Below, piece after piece: positions 60,280-64,000 of a stretch of 64,000 nucleotides of DNA; the first letter of the stretch is position 1; every line of letters begins with the position of its first letter. The DNA lies in the NCBI GenBank assembly GCA_945897555.1, contig CAMDGF010000002.1:389-64388 (forward strand). The letters run 5' to 3'. Below the pieces are notes generated by a model. The model was not told the DNA's origin. It saw only the letters and a program-made list of their open reading frames with translations, and did not search any database. The position numbers and the translations under genes were made by a program. Origin of the DNA: Klebsiella pneumoniae (GTDB lineage: Bacteria > Pseudomonadota > Gammaproteobacteria > Burkholderiales > UBA3065).

Positions 60280-61458
60280 CTAAACGCCAGCGGCGCTCCG
60301 CAATGCCGCGGCACGATCGGTCCGCTCCCAGGTGAACTCGGGTTCCTCGCGGCCAAAGTGACCGTAGGCTGCGGTCTTGCGGTAGATCGGCCGCTGCAGG
60401 TCGAGCATCTGGATGATGCCCTTGGGCCGCAGGTCGAAGTGAGCGTTCACCAACTCGGCGATGCGCTCATCGGCGATCTTGCCGCCACCGAAGGTGTTCA
60501 CCGTCACGTTCATCGGACGCGCTACGCCGATGGCGTAGGCGACCTGGATCTGGCACTGCGTCGCCAAGCCCGCAGCCACCACGTTCTTGGCGACATAGCG
60601 CGCGGCATAGGCGGCCGAACGGTCGACCTTGGTCGGATCCTTGCCGGAGAAGGCACCGCCGCCATGCGGACAGGCGCCACCGTAGGTGTCGACGATGATC
60701 TTGCGGCCGGTGAGGCCACAGTCGCCTTGCGGGCCCCCGATGACAAAGCGTCCAGTCGGGTTGATCAGGTACTTCGTATCCGCCGTCAGCCATTCCTTGG
60801 GCAATACCGGCTTGATGATCTCTTCCATCACCGCCTCGATGAAGGCGGGCTTCATGCTCGGCCCATCGGACATCTCGGGTGCGTGCTGGCTCGAGAGCAC
60901 CACGGTGTCGACACTCACCGGCTTGCCATCGACGTAGCGCAGCGTCACTTGGCTCTTGGCGTCGGGCCGCAGAAAGGGCAGACGACCGTCCTTGCGCAGC
61001 GCAGCCTGGCGCTCGACCAGGCGGTGGGCGTAGTGGATGGCTGCGGGCATCAGCACCGGCGTCTCGGAACAGGCATAGCCGAACATCAGGCCCTGATCGC
61101 CTGCGCCGAGGTTGAGGTAGTCGTCGGATGCGCGATCGACCCCTTGTGCGATGTCGTTCGACTGCTTGTCGTATGCCACCAGCACCGCACAGCCCTTGTG
61201 GTCGATGCCGTACTCGGTGTTGTCGTAACCGATGCGGCTGATGGTGTCGCGGGCGACCTGGATGTAATCGACATTGGCCTGCGTCGTGATCTCGCCAGCG
61301 AGTACCACGAGGCCGGTGTTGGTCAGCGTTTCGGCAGCGACCCGCGAGACCGGGTCCTGCTCGAGGATCGCATCGAGGATGGCGTCCGAGATCTGGTCGG
61401 CGACCTTGTCGGGGTGGCCCTCGGAGACCGACTCCGAGGTAAAGAGATAATCGCTCAC
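60280..61458 (-). CDS. metK: S-adenosylmethionine synthetase
   Basis: [63 protein letters not shown]. Confidence 0.98.
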   Translation of the reverse strand: MSDYLFTSESVSEGHPDKVADQISDAILDAILEQDPVSRVAAETLTNTGLVVLAGEITTQANVDYIQVARDTISRIGYDNTEYGIDHKGCAVLVAYDKQSNDIAQGVDRASDDYLNLGAGDQGLMFGYACSETPVLMPAAIHYAHRLVERQAALRKDGRLPFLRPDAKSQVTLRYVDGKPVSVDTVVLSSQHAPEMSDGPSMKPAFIEAVMEEIIKPVLPKEWLTADTKYLINPTGRFVIGGPQGDCGLTGRKIIVDTYGGACPHGGGAFSGKDPTKVDRSAAYAARYVAKNVVAAGLATQCQIQVAYAIGVARPMNVTVNTFGGGKIADERIAELVNAHFDLRPKGIIQMLDLQRPIYRKTAAYGHFGREEPEFTWERTDRAAALRSAAGV

Positions 61459-61484
61459 ATCTGCTCCTGCTGCGGCGGCGCCGC

Positions 61485-61526
61485 AAAACACAATCCCCAT
61501 TGGCCGGCGACGGCCAGCCCGGGGAT
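61485..61526 (-). terminator. Terminator-like hairpin in the metK leader
   Basis: Minus strand ATCCCC-gggc-TGGCCG-tcgc-CGGCCA-at-GGGGAT followed by TGTGTTTT. Confidence 0.45.
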
Positions 61527-61531
61527 CGGAG

Positions 61532-61610
61532 CAGGCGACGCTTTAGCAGATTCCCGCCAGACACCGGTCTGGTCAGCCGCCCTGCAAGTTGTCCTGATTA
61601 ACTCGGCGGT
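61532..61610 (-). ncRNA. SAM-II-class riboswitch, long-loop variant (putative)
   Basis: Minus strand P1 CCGCC/GGCGG enclosing GAGTTAA...CTTGCA; inserted hairpin CCAGAC/GTCTGG; conserved GCTAAAG; CAGG/CCTG pseudoknot pairing. Starts just after -10 TATACT (61622-61617), upstream of metK. Confidence 0.7.
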
Positions 61611-61722
61611 GCGCGGAGTATAGCGACACTGAGCCTTGCGGCGTTGGGCAGCCCACCATCCCGACCGAGAACTCAGCCTGCCACACAGCACCTTTGCCCA
61701 TCGCTCCGCCTACAATCGAGCC

Positions 61723-62553
61723 ATGGAGTTCAGGTTCACCAAGATGCAGGGCCTCGGCAACGACTTCGTCATGGTCGATGCGGTGCGCCAAGCGGTGCAG
61801 ATGACGCCCGGATTGGCGAGGCGTTTGGCCGACCGGCGGTTCGGCGTCGGCTGCGATCAGGTGCTGGTGGTCGAACCGGCCGATGGGCCAGATGTCGACT
61901 TCGTGTATCGCATCTTCAACGCCGACGGCGGCGAGGTCGAGCAGTGCGGCAACGGTGCGCGCTGCTTTGCGCGATTCGTAGTGGATTGCGGCCTCACGAC
62001 CAAGCGCGAGATCACGGTGCGCACCCGAGGCGGCGTGATCCGCCCCCGACTGGGCGACGATGGCCGCGTGACGGTGGACATGGGTGCGCCGCGCCTCCTG
62101 CCGGCCGAGGTTCCATTTGTGTCTGATTCCGATGCGCTTCTGCAGGCACTCGAGGTCGGCGGCACGACGCGTTACATCACTGCCGTATCGATGGGCAACC
62201 CGCACGCGGTGCAGGTGGTGGCTGACGTCGACACAGCGCCGGTGAGCGTCGAGGGGCCCCTCATCGAGTCGCATCCGCGTTTTCCGCAGCGGGTCAACGC
62301 CGGGTTTCTCCAGATCATTGACCGGCACAGCGCCCGCCTGCGCGTCTACGAGCGCGGCGCCGGTGAGACCTTGGCTTGTGGCACCGGCGCATGTGCCGCG
62401 GCGGTCGCAGCCATCCAGCGCGGGTTGCTCGAGTCGCCGGTGAGGGTCGAGACGCGGGGTGGCGGGCTGGACATCGCATGGGCGGGCGAGGGGCGGCCGG
62501 TGTGGATGACCGGTCCGGCTGAGACTGTTTTCGCCGGCGTTATCGAGGTTTGA
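61723..62553 (+). CDS. dapF: Diaminopimelate epimerase
   Basis: [40 protein letters not shown]. Confidence 0.97.
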   Translation: MEFRFTKMQGLGNDFVMVDAVRQAVQMTPGLARRLADRRFGVGCDQVLVVEPADGPDVDFVYRIFNADGGEVEQCGNGARCFARFVVDCGLTTKREITVRTRGGVIRPRLGDDGRVTVDMGAPRLLPAEVPFVSDSDALLQALEVGGTTRYITAVSMGNPHAVQVVADVDTAPVSVEGPLIESHPRFPQRVNAGFLQIIDRHSARLRVYERGAGETLACGTGACAAAVAAIQRGLLESPVRVETRGGGLDIAWAGEGRPVWMTGPAETVFAGVIEV

Positions 62554-62589
62554 AGCGGACGGCGCCGCGCAAATGCGGCCGCTCGCCTG

Positions 62590-63201
62590 TCAACCACCTG
62601 CGAGCATGCGGTATTTGCGGTCGAGTGCTGCGACGCGGTCGGCCAGTTCCTCGAGCGAGCCTTCGTTGACAACGGTGTCATCGGCGAGCGCTTGTCGCAT
62701 TTCGTCATTCGCCTGCGCCGCCAGCATCGCATCAACCTGCCTGGCGCTTGCACCGTCGCGCAGCATGACCCGCTGACGGCGCAGGTCGGCGGCACACATC
62801 ACCACCAGCACACGGTCGAGCAGCGGACGGTAGGCGGCCCCGGTCTCGACGAGCAGCGGGATGTCGACCACCACATACGGCGCCTTGGCTGCGGCAAGAC
62901 GTGCCCGCACGGCGTCGCGGATGCGCGGATGGAGAATGGCCTCCAGCGCACGCCGGCTCTCTGCATCGGCGAACACGCGCTGACGCATGCCTGCGCGGTC
63001 GAGGCTGCCATCGGGCAGCAGCACCGCTGCACCGAATCGTGTGGTGATCTCGGTGAGCGCCGGCTGACCGGGTTCGACCAGTTCGCGCGCCAGAGTGTCG
63101 GTGCAGATGACCGGTGCGCCGAGCGCCATGAATGCTTTGGCGACCACGCTCTTGCCGCTGCCGATGCCTCCGGTGAGGCCGATGGCGAGGGGTCTGTCCA
63201 T
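62590..63201 (-). CDS. coaE: Dephospho-CoA kinase
   Basis: IGLTGGIGSGKS, LDR, LEAILHPRI, DIPLLVE. Follows pilD. Confidence 0.95.
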   Translation of the reverse strand: MDRPLAIGLTGGIGSGKSVVAKAFMALGAPVICTDTLARELVEPGQPALTEITTRFGAAVLLPDGSLDRAGMRQRVFADAESRRALEAILHPRIRDAVRARLAAAKAPYVVVDIPLLVETGAAYRPLLDRVLVVMCAADLRRQRVMLRDGASARQVDAMLAAQANDEMRQALADDTVVNEGSLEELADRVAALDRKYRMLAGG

Positions 63202-63205
63202 GGCT

Positions 63206-64000
63206 TTAAGGTGCGAGGCCATAGAGGAGGAGTCCTTCGAGCCGATCGGGCCATAGCATGGCCACGAGCCCCCCTATCGAGAGCATCGGTCCGAAGGGCA
63301 TCGGATCGGCGCGTGACCGCCCCAGAGCGAGGATCGCCACGCCGGCCCAGACGAGTCCGAGCAGGGCGGCAAGGAGCACCAGGCCGGGCAGCACCTGCCA
63401 GCCGGCCCAAGCGCCGATGGCCGCCAACAGATGCAGATCACCGATGCCGAGGCCCTCTCGCCGGGTCGCGAGGCGGAAGCTCCAGTAGACGACCCACAGC
63501 CCCAGATACCCCGCCGCCGCGCCGATGACGGCATCCTCGAGCAAGACAAAGCGGCCCTCGAGATTCGCCAGCAGGCCGAGCCACAACAGGGGCTGAGTGA
63601 TCTGATCGGGCAACCAGCCGCGCTGAAGGTCGATCACCGAGGCGAGCAACAGCATCCAGAGCAGCATGGCCGTCAGCAAGGCGTCCCAGCCCAGGCCGAA
63701 TCGCCATATCGCGAGCATCGCAAGGGCAGCCGCGAGCACCTCCACCAGCGGCTCGCGCCAACCTATGAAGGCACTGCAGGCTCGGCAGCGGCCTCGCTGC
63801 ATCAGCCACGACAGCAGCGGGATCTTCTCGATGATCGAGAGGGAGTGCCCGCAGGCCGGGCAATGTGACGGGGGTAGAAGCAGGTTGTAGGGCGTCTGCT
63901 TCGCGCGCAGCCCGTCCGCAGCAGGGTCTTCGATGCGGTCCGATGCCGGCGCAAGAGGGGCGGCGTCGGTCTCTGCGCAGTACGCCTCCCACTCGCGGTC
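63206..64000 (-). CDS. pilD: Prepilin peptidase/N-methyltransferase (5' truncated by window edge)
   Basis: PSHCPACG and RGRCRAC Zn motifs, ID..LPD, GLGIGD, PFGP. Upstream of coaE. Confidence 0.93.
   Translation of the reverse strand, partial: DREWEAYCAETDAAPLAPASDRIEDPAADGLRAKQTPYNLLLPPSHCPACGHSLSIIEKIPLLSWLMQRGRCRACSAFIGWREPLVEVLAAALAMLAIWRFGLGWDALLTAMLLWMLLLASVIDLQRGWLPDQITQPLLWLGLLANLEGRFVLLEDAVIGAAAGYLGLWVVYWSFRLATRREGLGIGDLHLLAAIGAWAGWQVLPGLVLLAALLGLVWAGVAILALGRSRADPMPFGPMLSIGGLVAMLWPDRLEGLLLYGLAP

Noticed and set aside
54342-60282. TAGGTG...CACCTA 6-bp inverted ends with a TA on each side, exactly bounding the RND operon
   Set aside because: Too short to distinguish from chance, and no transposase. 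It would need an empty-site comparison to revive.

Overview
GC-rich betaproteobacterial chromosomal segment (gene order and protein style are Rhodocyclales/Nitrosomonadales-like; taxonomy is inference). It is mostly core genome: gshAB, PTS EIIA/HPr, lnt, folM, ttcA, lpxH, two cyclophilins, cysS, lysS, mnmC, a Cu(I) P-type ATPase, the his genes, gltBD, hemE, priA, a five-gene LPS/glycan module, polA, rlmJ, aceK/icd, photolyase, tlyA, ahcY, an RND efflux operon, metK, dapF, coaE and pilD. I saw no tRNA, rRNA, CRISPR array, phage or transposase genes. Items the ORF track hides or that look unusual: (1) a stand-alone 23-aa pqqA between cysS and lysS, plus a monocistronic Fae paralogue lacking the catalytic His, both pointing to C1/alcohol metabolism; (2) a VapBC-type toxin-antitoxin cassette bounded by a 12-bp direct repeat that duplicates the 3' arm of the gltD terminator; (3) an RND pump between metK (SAM-II long-loop-like riboswitch plus terminator-like hairpin) and ahcY (SAH riboswitch); (4) hisC inverted inside the his operon; (5) repeated leaderless-type -10-N6/7-ATG starts, including a 23-bp bidirectional promoter; (6) in-frame hairpin-forming insertions in housekeeping genes; (7) a terminator-like hairpin in the gltB leader. 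None is proven to be a new system. The best candidates are the terminator-integrated TA cassette and the riboswitch-bracketed RND/SAM-cycle locus.
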